This document shows, one piece after another, positions 10,317 through 21,000 of a DNA stretch of 64,000 nucleotides. How positions within the stretch are numbered: the first letter of the stretch is position 1; every line of letters starts with the position of its first letter. The DNA comes from an uncultured Planctomycetota bacterium (lineage in GTDB: Bacteria; Planctomycetota; Planctomycetia; Isosphaerales; Isosphaeraceae), in contig CAWGMQ010000003.1 in NCBI GenBank assembly GCA_963823665.1, forward strand, positions 64,001-128,000. Direction: 5' to 3'. A program made the translations under genes and the position numbers. The notes beneath the pieces are model-generated. The model made no database searches. It had not been told where the DNA came from and saw only the letters and a list, made by a program, of their open reading frames with translations.

Positions 10317-13094
10317 TCAATACTCCCCATCAATCCCCGGCTCCAGAATTCGCGCTTGCTCGTAAGCTTCCTCCGCCGCATCGAACTTCCCCTGCTTTTC
10401 CAGAATGATCCCCAGATTGTAGTAGGCTTGCGCATCCTTGGGCTCCAGGCGGATCGTTTCGCGGTATGCGGAAATCGCGTCATCCAGACTTCCGAGCTTC
10501 CGCAGCGCCTCGCCGAGCTCGAACCGGATGGTGGCGTTAGTCGGGTTCAGCGCGCCTGTCAGGCGATACGCCACGATCGCGTCATCCAGTTTCCCTTGCT
10601 TAAAAAATGCATGAGCCAGATCGAAGTTCAGGCTCGCGTCGAAAGGCTCAATTGCGAGCGCCTCGCGGAACGCCGCGATCGCCCGTTCGAGCCTCTCCTG
10701 CTCGGAGAATTTACGTCCGAAAAGCGTGAAAGGCTCGGCGCTCGCAGGCTTCAGCCTGATCGCTTGCCGATACGCAAGCACGGCCTCCGTGAGTTTTCTC
10801 GCCTTGTGGAAAAGGTGACCAAGAAAAAACTGCGCGTTGGCGTCAGGCGTCTTGAGCCGTGCCACCGCTCGATAATACCCGAGCGCTTCATCCAGCTTCC
10901 CCGTCTCCGCCAGCAGCAATCCGATGCTGAGCTGAGCCCAGACATGTTCAGGTTTGAGCCGCCCCGCCTCGCGGAATTCGGCGATGGCCGCCTCGAGCTG
11001 ATTCTGCATGGCCAGCACGATCGCGAGGCCAAAATGGCAATCGGGATTCTCGGGATCGAGCCGGACCGCCTCTCGCAGCGTGCCCTCCGCTTCATCTGGC
11101 TTTTGCTCGAGCGTCAAGGCATAACCAAGACCAAGACGCGCCGGCACATGATCATGCTGAAGCCGTATCGCCTCCCGGAACTCAGCAATCGCCTCCCTGA
11201 TCTTGCCCTTCATTTGAAATGCATGGCCGAGCTGGACGTGGGCGTCCGCATCATCGGGCGCCAGCCGAACCGACTCTTTCAAAGCGGCGATCGCTGCATC
11301 CAGCTTTCCTTGCTGGCCCAGCGCGAAACCCAGAGCGAAATGAGCTCGGCCCTCGCTCGGCTTGAGACGGATCGATTCACGAGCGGCAAAAGCGGCGTGG
11401 TCGGGCTTTCCCTGCATCCCCAGCACGTCCGCCAGCGCAAGCCACGCCTCGGCATTCGATGGGCTGATCCCGATCGCTTCCCGAAAACTGCCGGTGGCTT
11501 CTTCGAGATTCCCCTTCTCTTTCCAAGCGTATCCCAGGTCAAGATGCGTCTCGGCCTGGCGCGGCTCGAGCCGGATCGCCTCGCGAAACTCGACGATGGC
11601 TTCGTCGTATTTCCCCTGAGCGGATAAGACGCCGCCCAAGAGCGCATGAGCCTGACCATCGCTCGGCTTGATGCGGACCGCCTCGTGCCCCAGCACGAGC
11701 GCATCGTCAAATTTGCCCGCTTGCGCGAGCGCTTGCCCCAGCCCGACCTTCGCCGCGACGCTCTCCGGGTCCATCTTGATCGCTTCGCGGCACGCAGCGA
11801 TCCCATCCTCCAGGTCCCCATGCGCCGTGAGCGCGGAGCCCAGTTGCACATGCATCCGAAAATCGCCCGGCTTGAGCCGGATCGACTCGCGATATTGAGC
11901 GATCGCCTCCTCGAGTTTTCCGGTGTAAGCCAGTACAGAGCCGAACATGCTTCGCGCCTCCTCGCTCTCGGGCGCGAGCCTGACCGCCTCGCGGCAAACC
12001 GCGATCGCCTCCTCCAGCTTCCCCTGGGCCGACAAGACCGCCCCCAGGCACGAGTGCGACCGATCGTCGCCCGGCTTGATGCGGATCGCTTCGCGATAAC
12101 GGGCACTCGCTTCCTCGAGCTTTCCGTCTCGTTCCAGCAAATACCCCAGGCCGACCTGGACATCGCTGCTGTCCGGCTTCAAACGGATCGCCACGCGAAT
12201 CTCGACCATTGCATCCTTGCGCTGACCATTGGTCTGAAGCGCCAGGGCCATGTTCATGTGAGCCATCGAGCTTTGCGGCCGGAGGGCGAGAGCCGCCGAG
12301 TACGCGCGTACCGCAGCCGCCGGGTCTGCGTTCGGAGTTCCTTCGATATCGAGCGTGCCTTGACTGCTGCAGAACCAGTAATCGTTCGGAAATCGCCGGC
12401 GTCCAACCCGTACCACGGCCGCGGCCGCCCGCCGGTCACCAAGTTCAGCCAACATGAGCGACAGGCTCAGCAGCGAGTTCGCCGGCTGCGTCTCGAGCGC
12501 CTTGACGTCGGCGGCCTGGATCTTTAAGCCGGCCAGAGCATCGGCCGGCGGCCGCCCATGTTGATCGCGCACCGCATTGCGCCACGGGTCTGGATCCGCA
12601 GCCCGTGCCACTGCGACGAGACGGGCCCAGCTCGGAACATGCAATCTCGTTCGGCGAATGCGGCACCACTCATCGATCGCCGCCGCAATCCCCGCAGTCC
12701 CTGGACGCCCGGCGAGTCGCGCGCCCATTTCCTTGGGATCCCCTTTGTCCAGTTCCAGCCCAAACCGCTGAAACGCCGCCGCCAGCTCGCGATCCACCCG
12801 CGAATAGTCGCCATCCTCGCTGTCCGTATCAAGCGCGCTCGACAGATCTTCCAGGAGTCTTCGCTCGGCATCGACGTCGCGCGAGCGCAGTTCTTTCTGA
12901 GGCTCCGCCCGCTTGACCACGTCTTGGGGCAGATTCGCCGCGAAAGCCCTGACACTCCGCCCGAGGTCAGCCGCAACCATTATCGCGCCGACTACGATCA
13001 GGCCCTTCATCCAATCTATGCGATTCCAAATGTCCATCGGCTCGAAACCGTCCCGCTGCCGCCCTCGCATTCCCACCCCGTCGCTCCTTCTCAC
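10317..13094 (-). CDS. Large TPR-repeat protein, probably exported
   Basis: Many 34-aa repeats (AH..LG..L...GKL.EAIA.YREAIRLKP); hydrophobic N-terminus; start uncertain. Confidence 0.85.
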   Translation of the reverse strand: MRRSDGVGMRGRQRDGFEPMDIWNRIDWMKGLIVVGAIMVAADLGRSVRAFAANLPQDVVKRAEPQKELRSRDVDAERRLLEDLSSALDTDSEDGDYSRVDRELAAAFQRFGLELDKGDPKEMGARLAGRPGTAGIAAAIDEWCRIRRTRLHVPSWARLVAVARAADPDPWRNAVRDQHGRPPADALAGLKIQAADVKALETQPANSLLSLSLMLAELGDRRAAAAVVRVGRRRFPNDYWFCSSQGTLDIEGTPNADPAAAVRAYSAALALRPQSSMAHMNMALALQTNGQRKDAMVEIRVAIRLKPDSSDVQVGLGYLLERDGKLEEASARYREAIRIKPGDDRSHSCLGAVLSAQGKLEEAIAVCREAVRLAPESEEARSMFGSVLAYTGKLEEAIAQYRESIRLKPGDFRMHVQLGSALTAHGDLEDGIAACREAIKMDPESVAAKVGLGQALAQAGKFDDALVLGHEAVRIKPSDGQAHALLGGVLSAQGKYDEAIVEFREAIRLEPRQAETHLDLGYAWKEKGNLEEATGSFREAIGISPSNAEAWLALADVLGMQGKPDHAAFAARESIRLKPSEGRAHFALGFALGQQGKLDAAIAALKESVRLAPDDADAHVQLGHAFQMKGKIREAIAEFREAIRLQHDHVPARLGLGYALTLEQKPDEAEGTLREAVRLDPENPDCHFGLAIVLAMQNQLEAAIAEFREAGRLKPEHVWAQLSIGLLLAETGKLDEALGYYRAVARLKTPDANAQFFLGHLFHKARKLTEAVLAYRQAIRLKPASAEPFTLFGRKFSEQERLERAIAAFREALAIEPFDASLNFDLAHAFFKQGKLDDAIVAYRLTGALNPTNATIRFELGEALRKLGSLDDAISAYRETIRLEPKDAQAYYNLGIILEKQGKFDAAEEAYEQARILEPGIDGEY

Positions 13095-13540
13095 GATGCC
13101 GACTCCGGATCAATCCGCCATTCAACCCAGAACCGCAGCAAAATCATGCTGACAACGCATAAGAATTCGCCGAGCACGAAAAAGAACGTCCATCCCTTTT
13201 GGTCAAGAAAGAATGCCCCGGCTACGACGGCGCTCAAGATCGGAAACACCACAGCGAGCCTGGCCACCCCGCGCCACTGGATGATGGGCTTGCCATTCTC
13301 CCTGCCAACGAAACCATACCCGCCCAACATGTTCCAACGAACAATGAGCGCCACGAGGAGCAACATCAAACTGCAACAGAAAATCCCGAGCTGAAACGGG
13401 AACACCCAAGCTCCCCTCACGACCAGGGAGATCACGCACGCGCCAATATTCAGGGCACCGAAAACCACGGCAGCGCCCAACATTCGCCACCAGGTCGCCG
13501 TCGGCTTCGCCTGTCCGTTGCGCACCCCGCCGAGCCTCAT
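13091..13540 (-). CDS. Small membrane protein (about 4 TM helices)
   Basis: Four hydrophobic stretches; its stop overlaps the start of the TPR ORF. Confidence 0.55.
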   Translation of the reverse strand: MRLGGVRNGQAKPTATWWRMLGAAVVFGALNIGACVISLVVRGAWVFPFQLGIFCCSLMLLLVALIVRWNMLGGYGFVGRENGKPIIQWRGVARLAVVFPILSAVVAGAFFLDQKGWTFFFVLGEFLCVVSMILLRFWVEWRIDPESAS

Positions 13541-13600
13541 CTCAGTTACTCCCGCTCAGTCAATCGCGTACGCCCGTCCCATGAACGCCCGGAACTCCTG

Positions 13601-13640
13601 CTCTTAATCTTAATCTTAATCTTACTCCTACTCGTATTCA
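13601..13640. repeat. Short AT-rich hexamer microsatellite (TCTTAA)n degenerating to CTTACT/CCTACT
   Basis: ctcttaatcttaatcttaatcttactcctactcgtattc. Confidence 0.7.
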
Positions 13641-13671
13641 AACTCCCAAATCCCCTTACATCTCTTCCCTC

Positions 13672-15507
13672 TCACCTCACCCCCGCCAACCCCTTCGCAT
13701 CATCAATAACCAGATAATGCCCATGATCCGCCGAAACAATCAGCACCGATTCATCCCAGTTGCTGTGTTTCTCCACCCACCCGATCACCACCCGCACAGC
13801 TTCTTCCCCGCTAAACACCGCCCCGATCGCGTTATCCAGATTGTTCGCATGCAGCGCAAAATCTACATCTCCTGCCTCGATAAAAAGCGCGGTGCTCTGC
13901 TGCGGATTAGCCGTCATCACGGTCAGGGCTGCCTCAGTCATCTGCGCCAGTGTCGGCTGCTCGATGCGATCGGAAGCGGTGTAAACCTCAGCCGACGGAC
14001 TCTGGCCGCTGCGGCCCAGACTCAGCGCCGGGTTAAATCCTCCATCCGCCGTCTGGTACGGCAGATGATCCAGCTCATTCCGCCCGAACACGCCAAACAA
14101 GCGGCCATTCCGTTTCGCCGCACGCGATTCCGCCTTCATGAGCGATTCACCACCGTTCACCCCGGCTTCGGTATGCACGACGTCGTACTTCCCCCCGTTC
14201 TTCACGTCGACCGCCGCGAGATCCGCATCCGTGATGAACAGGCTGCCCTTCACGCCGTTCTTCCCTTGCAGCCTCAGTGATGACGAATTCGTCGTAACAC
14301 CAAATCCCGTCCCGAGCACCACGTCCAGCCCCGGCCGCACCGGCTCGTGCCGGCTCTCCTGCATGATTCCCGGCAGCCCGAGCATCGCCCGCGCCAGGTC
14401 TTGATAGTCATCCCGGTGCACGTTCTGGGCGTACATCGCCGCTGGCGACACGTGGTCAAACGGAACACTCGTCACTGTCCCGACCTTCCATCCCTTTTCC
14501 TGGAGCTCGTGAAACAGAGTTGTACAAATCCGGTTGTCATCCGTGACGTTTACTCCGTTGTTATAAGACTTCACCCCCGTGACAAACTCCGCCGCGCTCT
14601 GTGATGAATCCGTGTAGGCATGAAGCACACCCCCCACGGCCTGCACGCCCGCCAGATCAGCCGTGTTGGCCGACTGTCCTTTGAAATACCCGCGAGCCTT
14701 CTCGCCCAGCGGACCAAGCGTCCACGGATTGGGACCGCCGATTCGCGCGTCATAGCCCCCTCCCAGGCTCGTCGGCGGAATCATCACAGATTGCTTGTCG
14801 ACGTCGAACCGGTTCTGGTCGTGCGTTGGGCTCGTGACGAAGAAGCCAAACTGCGCGGTTCCCCCGGCCGTGTAATCCTGAAAGATCAGCCCGGATCCCT
14901 TCCCTTCGTCATAAACCTTGCCCGTCCGCACGATCGCCGCAGCCCGCGTGGTCTGCCAGTCCATGCCATCAAACCAAACAATGAAAAGGTGCTTGATGCC
15001 TCGCGCAATCGCATCCTTCTGCACGCGATAGAGGTCGCTTTGATCGGCATAGATAGCTTGAGGGTTCAGCGTGTGTTCGGGCAAGACACCATACAATTCC
15101 TTGATCTTCTGCGCATCGCGATAGCGGCTGTTTTCCCCGGTAACCTCGCCCAGATTGGCCTTCCTACCGAAGACATAAACGGGAATCAACCGGTTGCTGT
15201 GGCTCGTATGGTTGGAGAAGACGTCGCCGGGTCCCTGTGATCCAAAATGATAAAGCCGCGCGACCTTCTGCGCTCTTTGCTCGATGTACTCCGTCTGGAG
15301 TGTGCGCAGGCGGTCCCCATCGCTTTGTCCGAACGCACACCTCGCCGGGCCCGCAAGCACCAGAATCGCGCCAACGACGATTGCGGGCCTACCAGTGAAT
15401 CGAAGTTCCGGCAAAAATCCAACCCGCCCATTCAGGAGGGCAAGGCTCCGCCCGAGTCGATTGGTTGTTGACATCCGCTTCTCTCGCACTGTCCGGGAAT
15501 CGCTCAC
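13672..15507 (-). CDS. Alkaline phosphatase family protein
   Basis: FDGM, YTDSS (catalytic Ser), H..PA, EAGDVD..H, SADHGH. Confidence 0.85.
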   Translation of the reverse strand: MSDSRTVREKRMSTTNRLGRSLALLNGRVGFLPELRFTGRPAIVVGAILVLAGPARCAFGQSDGDRLRTLQTEYIEQRAQKVARLYHFGSQGPGDVFSNHTSHSNRLIPVYVFGRKANLGEVTGENSRYRDAQKIKELYGVLPEHTLNPQAIYADQSDLYRVQKDAIARGIKHLFIVWFDGMDWQTTRAAAIVRTGKVYDEGKGSGLIFQDYTAGGTAQFGFFVTSPTHDQNRFDVDKQSVMIPPTSLGGGYDARIGGPNPWTLGPLGEKARGYFKGQSANTADLAGVQAVGGVLHAYTDSSQSAAEFVTGVKSYNNGVNVTDDNRICTTLFHELQEKGWKVGTVTSVPFDHVSPAAMYAQNVHRDDYQDLARAMLGLPGIMQESRHEPVRPGLDVVLGTGFGVTTNSSSLRLQGKNGVKGSLFITDADLAAVDVKNGGKYDVVHTEAGVNGGESLMKAESRAAKRNGRLFGVFGRNELDHLPYQTADGGFNPALSLGRSGQSPSAEVYTASDRIEQPTLAQMTEAALTVMTANPQQSTALFIEAGDVDFALHANNLDNAIGAVFSGEEAVRVVIGWVEKHSNWDESVLIVSADHGHYLVIDDAKGLAGVR

Positions 15508-15704
15508 CGTTCGTCCTCGTCGAAAGTCAAATGATCAAAGATTCCTCAATCCTGGAAAGAATCTAAAGTATGAGCCAGCCCGTGGAAACCCGCCAGGCCC
15601 GTCAGTAGAATCCATCCTGTCTGCCTACCCCTCGAGCGCTCCGGCATTCCTCAGGCGCGCCCGAGGAGCCGCACTCCCCTGCCAACGAACGGGAAGGACA
15701 CGCC

Positions 15705-16943
15705 ATGAACACGCGCGATGCGCTCGGGTTTTCGATCATCGCCCTGTCTACCCTGGCAACGGCAACCTCGGGCCACGCCGCCGATCCGCTCAACATGAGA
15801 ACGCTGAGCGTGCGTCTGGCGAGTAAGCCCACCGGCGAAGCTGCCACCGCCCTGGCTGACGACATCCGAGCCTGGTTCGGCAAGGATCGATCCGGCAAGT
15901 TGAACGTATCAACCGGCGCAAATCCCAAGGTCGAGGGTCTCCTCGCCGCCTGGGCCATCGAGGCCCCGGACGCGAAGACCGCCGCGGTGGCCCTCGAGGG
16001 TGGTAAAACCCTTGAGCTCGCCCGGATCGGCGACACTCCTGTTTTCGCCAGGGTCGTCCCGCTCGAGAACGGCGCGGGCTTCCGCTGGTCGTACGAAGTC
16101 GACGGCAAGCGCTCCGGCCGCCGCGGCGACATCGAGGTCTACACCGACGCGCCCGAGCTCGCCGAAGTACCCGGCGTGCCCAAGGGCAAACTGCTGCCCC
16201 AAAAGCCCTGGGAGAGCAAGATCTATCCCGGCACCACGCGGCCCTGGTGGATTTACGTCCCCGCCCAGTACAAGGAAGACCAGCCGGCTTGTGTGATGGT
16301 CTTTCAAGATGGCGGTGGATACACGAGCTTCGTGCCGACGGTATTTGACAATTTGATCGCCAAGGGCGAGATGCCCGTCACGGCCGCAATCTTCATCAAC
16401 CCGGGCAGCGGCCCCGGCCAGCGCAGCATTGAGTACGACACGCTTTCGGACCGTTACGCACGGTACCTGCTCGAAGAGATCCTGCCCGAGGCCGAAAAAA
16501 CAGTGAAGCTCCGCCACGACCCGGAGAGCCGCGCCATCTCCGGCATCAGCAGTGGCGGAATCTGCGCCTGGACGGTGGCCTGGGAGCGCCCGAACGAATT
16601 CCGCAAGGTCCTCTCGTGGGTGGGCAGCTTCACAAACATCGCCAGCGGCAGCTCCGGGCGCGAGGGCGGCCACAACTACGAGGCCATGATCCGAAAGACC
16701 GCCAAGAAGCCGATCCGCGTGTTCCTTCAAGACGGCGCCAACGACCTGGACAACAACAACGGCAACTGGCCCCTGGCGAACCAGCAAATGGCCAAGGCCC
16801 TCAAGTTCGCCGGCTACGACCACCAGTTCGTCTTTGGCCAGGGCTTCCACAGCAACCGCCACGGCCGCGCCATCCTCCCCGACTCGCTCCGCTGGCTCTG
16901 GCGCGACTACAAACCGAGCGAGGATAAGAGCGAGGGCAAGTGA
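15705..16943 (+). CDS. Alpha/beta hydrolase esterase (enterochelin esterase-like), signal peptide
   Basis: WIYVPAQY, MVFQDG, GISSGG nucleophile elbow, GFHS. Confidence 0.85.
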   Translation: MNTRDALGFSIIALSTLATATSGHAADPLNMRTLSVRLASKPTGEAATALADDIRAWFGKDRSGKLNVSTGANPKVEGLLAAWAIEAPDAKTAAVALEGGKTLELARIGDTPVFARVVPLENGAGFRWSYEVDGKRSGRRGDIEVYTDAPELAEVPGVPKGKLLPQKPWESKIYPGTTRPWWIYVPAQYKEDQPACVMVFQDGGGYTSFVPTVFDNLIAKGEMPVTAAIFINPGSGPGQRSIEYDTLSDRYARYLLEEILPEAEKTVKLRHDPESRAISGISSGGICAWTVAWERPNEFRKVLSWVGSFTNIASGSSGREGGHNYEAMIRKTAKKPIRVFLQDGANDLDNNNGNWPLANQQMAKALKFAGYDHQFVFGQGFHSNRHGRAILPDSLRWLWRDYKPSEDKSEGK

Positions 16944-16952
16944 CGCAATACC

Positions 16953-17904
16953 TCAAAGCTCGTGCAAAATCGAATCCAGGTGCTCGCGAAGCGTCCGTTC
17001 GACCAGCGGCTTTCCACCAATCGAGTCGTCGTAAAAGATGACGCGATAACTCCGAATGTCGAAAGGCAGCTCTCGACCTCGTTGAGCCAGGAGAATCGTC
17101 GGTTTGTTGAGTGCGTGAGCGTAGCCAACTTCATAATAGACGTTTTGGTTCGGCGCCGTGATTTCCGCGATCACCACCTTCGCATCCTCGATCTTTTTCT
17201 GAATGTCCTGGAAGATGATTCCCGGCCGATTAACCTCGTCGATTCGCGTCACTTCGAATCCGAGCGACATGCGCTTTCGGCCTGATCACCGATCGGTAGA
17301 GCGTGTCATAAGGCTCACCGAACTGCATCGCGACGAACGCAGTCGGTTGCCTCCGCCAGACCTCAAAATCTCGGAACACAACTGGCGAGTCCGTCATCGT
17401 GAACAGACCGAGTTGGTTTCCCGGGAGCGGGCTCGGAAGGACGTGCTCTAGGACCGGAACGCCGTCCACAACCAAGCCAATTCGCTGGCCTTTCTGAGTC
17501 GCCTCAATCTGATAGTCCCTGTTCGTCCGGAGGTTACGTATGTCCCCCGCAGCTTTGCGCGGCACCCAACCTTGCGTCGGTAAGAATTCCCATATCGAAT
17601 ACGCTTGATCAAACGCCCCGAGACCCGCGATCAAATAGCCTTGTGTTTCCATATTGTAACCGAGCACGATTCCCGCGGAAGTGTCCTTCATCGGACCGTG
17701 CTGCGACTCTGCCCTGTCGTCCACGTGAATTTTCGTGCGAATGACGCCATCTCGGAATCGCTCGTCACAGATGGCAAACCCGCAACCTTGCTCGGTCACA
17801 CGCCCCTCATAATGGGCGATGTGCTCCGCAAAGCTCCAATTTCCCGCAAGCGCAGCCCACTGCGTAATTCGCACCCATTCGGACTCGGCCGGGCTAATCA
17901 TCAT
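16953..17904 (-). CDS. ConA/DUF1080-like beta domain fused to a nucleoside 2-deoxyribosyltransferase-like (TIR-like) domain; frameshift ~17280
   Basis: C-terminal AFVAMQF...RIDE...IAEIT..NQNVYYEVGYAHALNKPTILL...LPFDIR; N-terminal beta-rich region (GNWS...SAGIVLGY...GNQLGLF...VFRDFEV). Confidence 0.75.
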
Positions 17905-18027
17905 GCTCTCATCTAAGAGTAAAGTGTGGCGCGGATTCCACTTCCCAGGTCTTTGACAGCATAGCATAGCGGAACCCGAGTGACATCCGCCGCCGAAAGA
18001 GAGGACTTGAGCCCTTCGCAACGGAAT

Positions 18028-18050
18028 GTCAGGCTAAAAGCCTGACCTAT
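18028..18050 (-). repeat. REP-like hairpin, GTCAGGC family (ATAG variant)
   Basis: Reverse complement is ATAG-GTCAGGC-TTTTA-GCCTGAC; same family as 31077, 36153 and 42089. Confidence 0.75.
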
Positions 18051-18067
18051 TCTGGAAGCACCTGACC

Positions 18068-21000
18068 ATGCCCGAACCCGACGCACCCGTTGATGGCCCC
18101 TTCAACGCTGACCAAGCACCCCGTCACTCGTTCCTCATCCGTCTCCGCCAAAGCCGCCCGACGATCCCCCACACCCTGGCCACCAGCGCCGCGACAATCC
18201 TCCTGATGGCCGCCGCAACGCTCACCTGGCGATTCTACGACGCATGGCGCCAGGGCCAGATCGAGCTGACCACGGTCGACGCCCCCGTGGTCGCCCAGGT
18301 CCTCGCCGAGTCAACCGACACGCCAATCGGCGAGCCCTTCGACCTGGTCACCCGCGCGGTTGTTTCACTCCCCGCTGGCGACTACCGGCTGCACGTCAGC
18401 GGTAAGGGCCGACTGAGCCGAACCTACCGCTTTGGAGTCACCCGCGGCGAGACGCAAACCCACGAGATCTCCCTCGACGAGGGACGCCTCCTCGGCGGCG
18501 AACGAAGCGTCGGCTTTGGCGGTGACGAACGAGCGCGCGACGTCCCGATTCGCTTTCCGCCGTTCATCACATCACTCGGGCTGACGAAGGGCAAATCCGA
18601 CCTGATCGAGTGGTCGGGCGATTCCGTCGTACGGCGCGACGGCGCCACAGGCGAAGTGCACTGGGACACCTTGCACCCCGCCCTGCCCTTTCGCCCAAAC
18701 CACGACCCGGCGCCGTGGATCCGAGACTATTCGGGCGAGGACGAAGGGACTCGGATTGTGGAGCTTGCTCCCGACTTGAACGGCGACGGCACGGGCGATT
18801 TACTCTGGTTTTTTCCAGGCACTTCGGCATTCCTTGCACAATCGGGCGAGAACGGCTCGATGCTCTGGAATTGTGCCGCCGGGCTCGACGAAAAGGGAGG
18901 ATTTCAAGCGACCGGTCTCGACCTGAACCGTATGGACACCGAGAGGTTGATCACCGGCCAGATCATCGGCGTACCCGCTCTGGCCGACATCGATCGCGAT
19001 GGAGCGCCCGACCTGATCGCCACGATCATTTTCGCGGAATTGGACGATGACGCGGCGCGACGACGGCAAGCGAAATCCCCGGGTGTGCTCGCTGTCCAGC
19101 CGGAGATCTTCCACTGCCGTCTGGTGATGGCAATCTCCAGCCGATCGGGCCGCGCGCTCTGGACTTACCCGCTCGACCAGGCTTTCGCTGACGTTCCACG
19201 CGAGAGCTGGGAGCGACCGTCAGTCCTTGTCCAGGGCCGGCACCGGGCGCTGGTGGCAGTCCTCGATGGCGCGCAATGGCTGGGACTGGACCTCGCAACC
19301 GGCCGCCCACAAGCAGGCCCGTTCCCACTGGGCTTTAGCCCGATCCGCCGACTTAAGCATGCCGACCTTGATGGTGACGGAGAACCCGAGATCCTGGCTT
19401 TGGACCTTAGACCGGGCGGCGGGCAGAACACGTTGCATGCCTTCTCGATCAAGACCGGTCGCGAGCTCTGGGCCGAGAAAGTCGGCGCGACCTACGACAT
19501 CGCCCGCTACGCCGGAGCGACTCCGGATTTTCCCATGACGGCTGATCTCGACGACGATGGCCGTGCCGAGATCGTCGTCGCCGACTCCGGACTCATGCCA
19601 CCGCTCGCCGGCTACCGGGGCGTGAAGCTGCTTGAGGGCCGGACCGGCAAGCCACGGTGGCGACATCCCATGCGCCCGGATACGGTCGCCAACGACGGGC
19701 CGATCGAGGCGATCGCCGCGCCGGACCTCGACGGAGACGGCACACGCGACCTGATCACCATCTCGCTGTACTGCGGCAAGAATCTGCCCACGGCCCCACG
19801 AGCCCTTCCCCAAGAACCGGCGCTCGCCTACGTCGACGCAATCTCGGGAAAAGACGGCCGCCCGCTCTGGCTCTGGCACATCGAGCTGCCCGTGCGAAAG
19901 TTCACCCGGATCTGGCCGCTGCACTGGTGGGGCCGTGGCCACGACGGTTGGCCGCTCCTCGCCGTGCCGCTTGGCGGCTCACGCCCGGACGGCGCTGAAC
20001 GAAACTATGGACGCTCAGTGCTCAGTCCCCCGGTTGTCCATCTGCTCGAGGCTTCCACCGGCATCGAGCGCCACACCGTTGACGGGCTCAGCAGGCCCCG
20101 CTTTGCCGACCTCGACGGTGACGGCCTGGCCGACCTCTGGGGTGAGGTCGACGGCGAGCTGCGAGCCTTCCGTGGCGAAGCGCCGGAAGCCTGGCGAGCC
20201 CTGGGCCGGTTCGATCCGGCAAATTCGTCGAACGGCGAAGACGATTACATCCGCGGCCCCTCGGTCGATTTCGACGGCGACGGCGTCGCCGACACGATGA
20301 TTCGCACCGCGCGGGGCTCCAACGACTGGCCGCAATTTCCGGCATTCAGCCGCACTGCGCAGGTTCGCTCGGGACGCGACGGCCATGTGATCTGGACGAC
20401 CACGCTCGACCCGGCCGAAAGCTGGCTCGGACCCGGCCGCACTGACCGGTACTACTTCACGGCATTCTCGCCGCCCGAGGGAGACCTGGATGGCGACGGC
20501 ACGCCCGATGTCTTCGTGCTGCGACCCGTCCCGCCTTCGCGGCCAGCGGTGTTTAAGCAGAACGCAACGCTGCCCGTCCAGGTCCTCTCAGGGCGCACCG
20601 GAGACTCTCTTGTGGCGGGCCGGCCCGCTTCCCCTCGGCTTCGACGCGCGAGGTTACTCGCAGGTCCACTCGCTCAAAGCCGCCGCAGTCGAGCCCGGCG
20701 CCGCGCCCGATCTGTTCGTGCGCCACGGCAACCCGTTCGTGAAGCCCGGCTCAGCTCCGCCGGTGCCCAAGACCCGTGCCTCATCGGGCCTGCCCAGTCT
20801 GGCGCGGATTTCAGGACGCGACGGCCGCGTCCTCTGGAACATTCCTTTGGCAGAAGGTGTGCCTCCAGGCGTCAATCACGACGTTCCCTCGAACGAATTC
20901 GCAGATTTAAACGGTGACGGCGGGCTCGACACACTGATGGTCGTGCCGCCGGTTCCCGGCGCCGGCGGGCCCGACTACACGATGGTCGCCGTCTCCCTTC

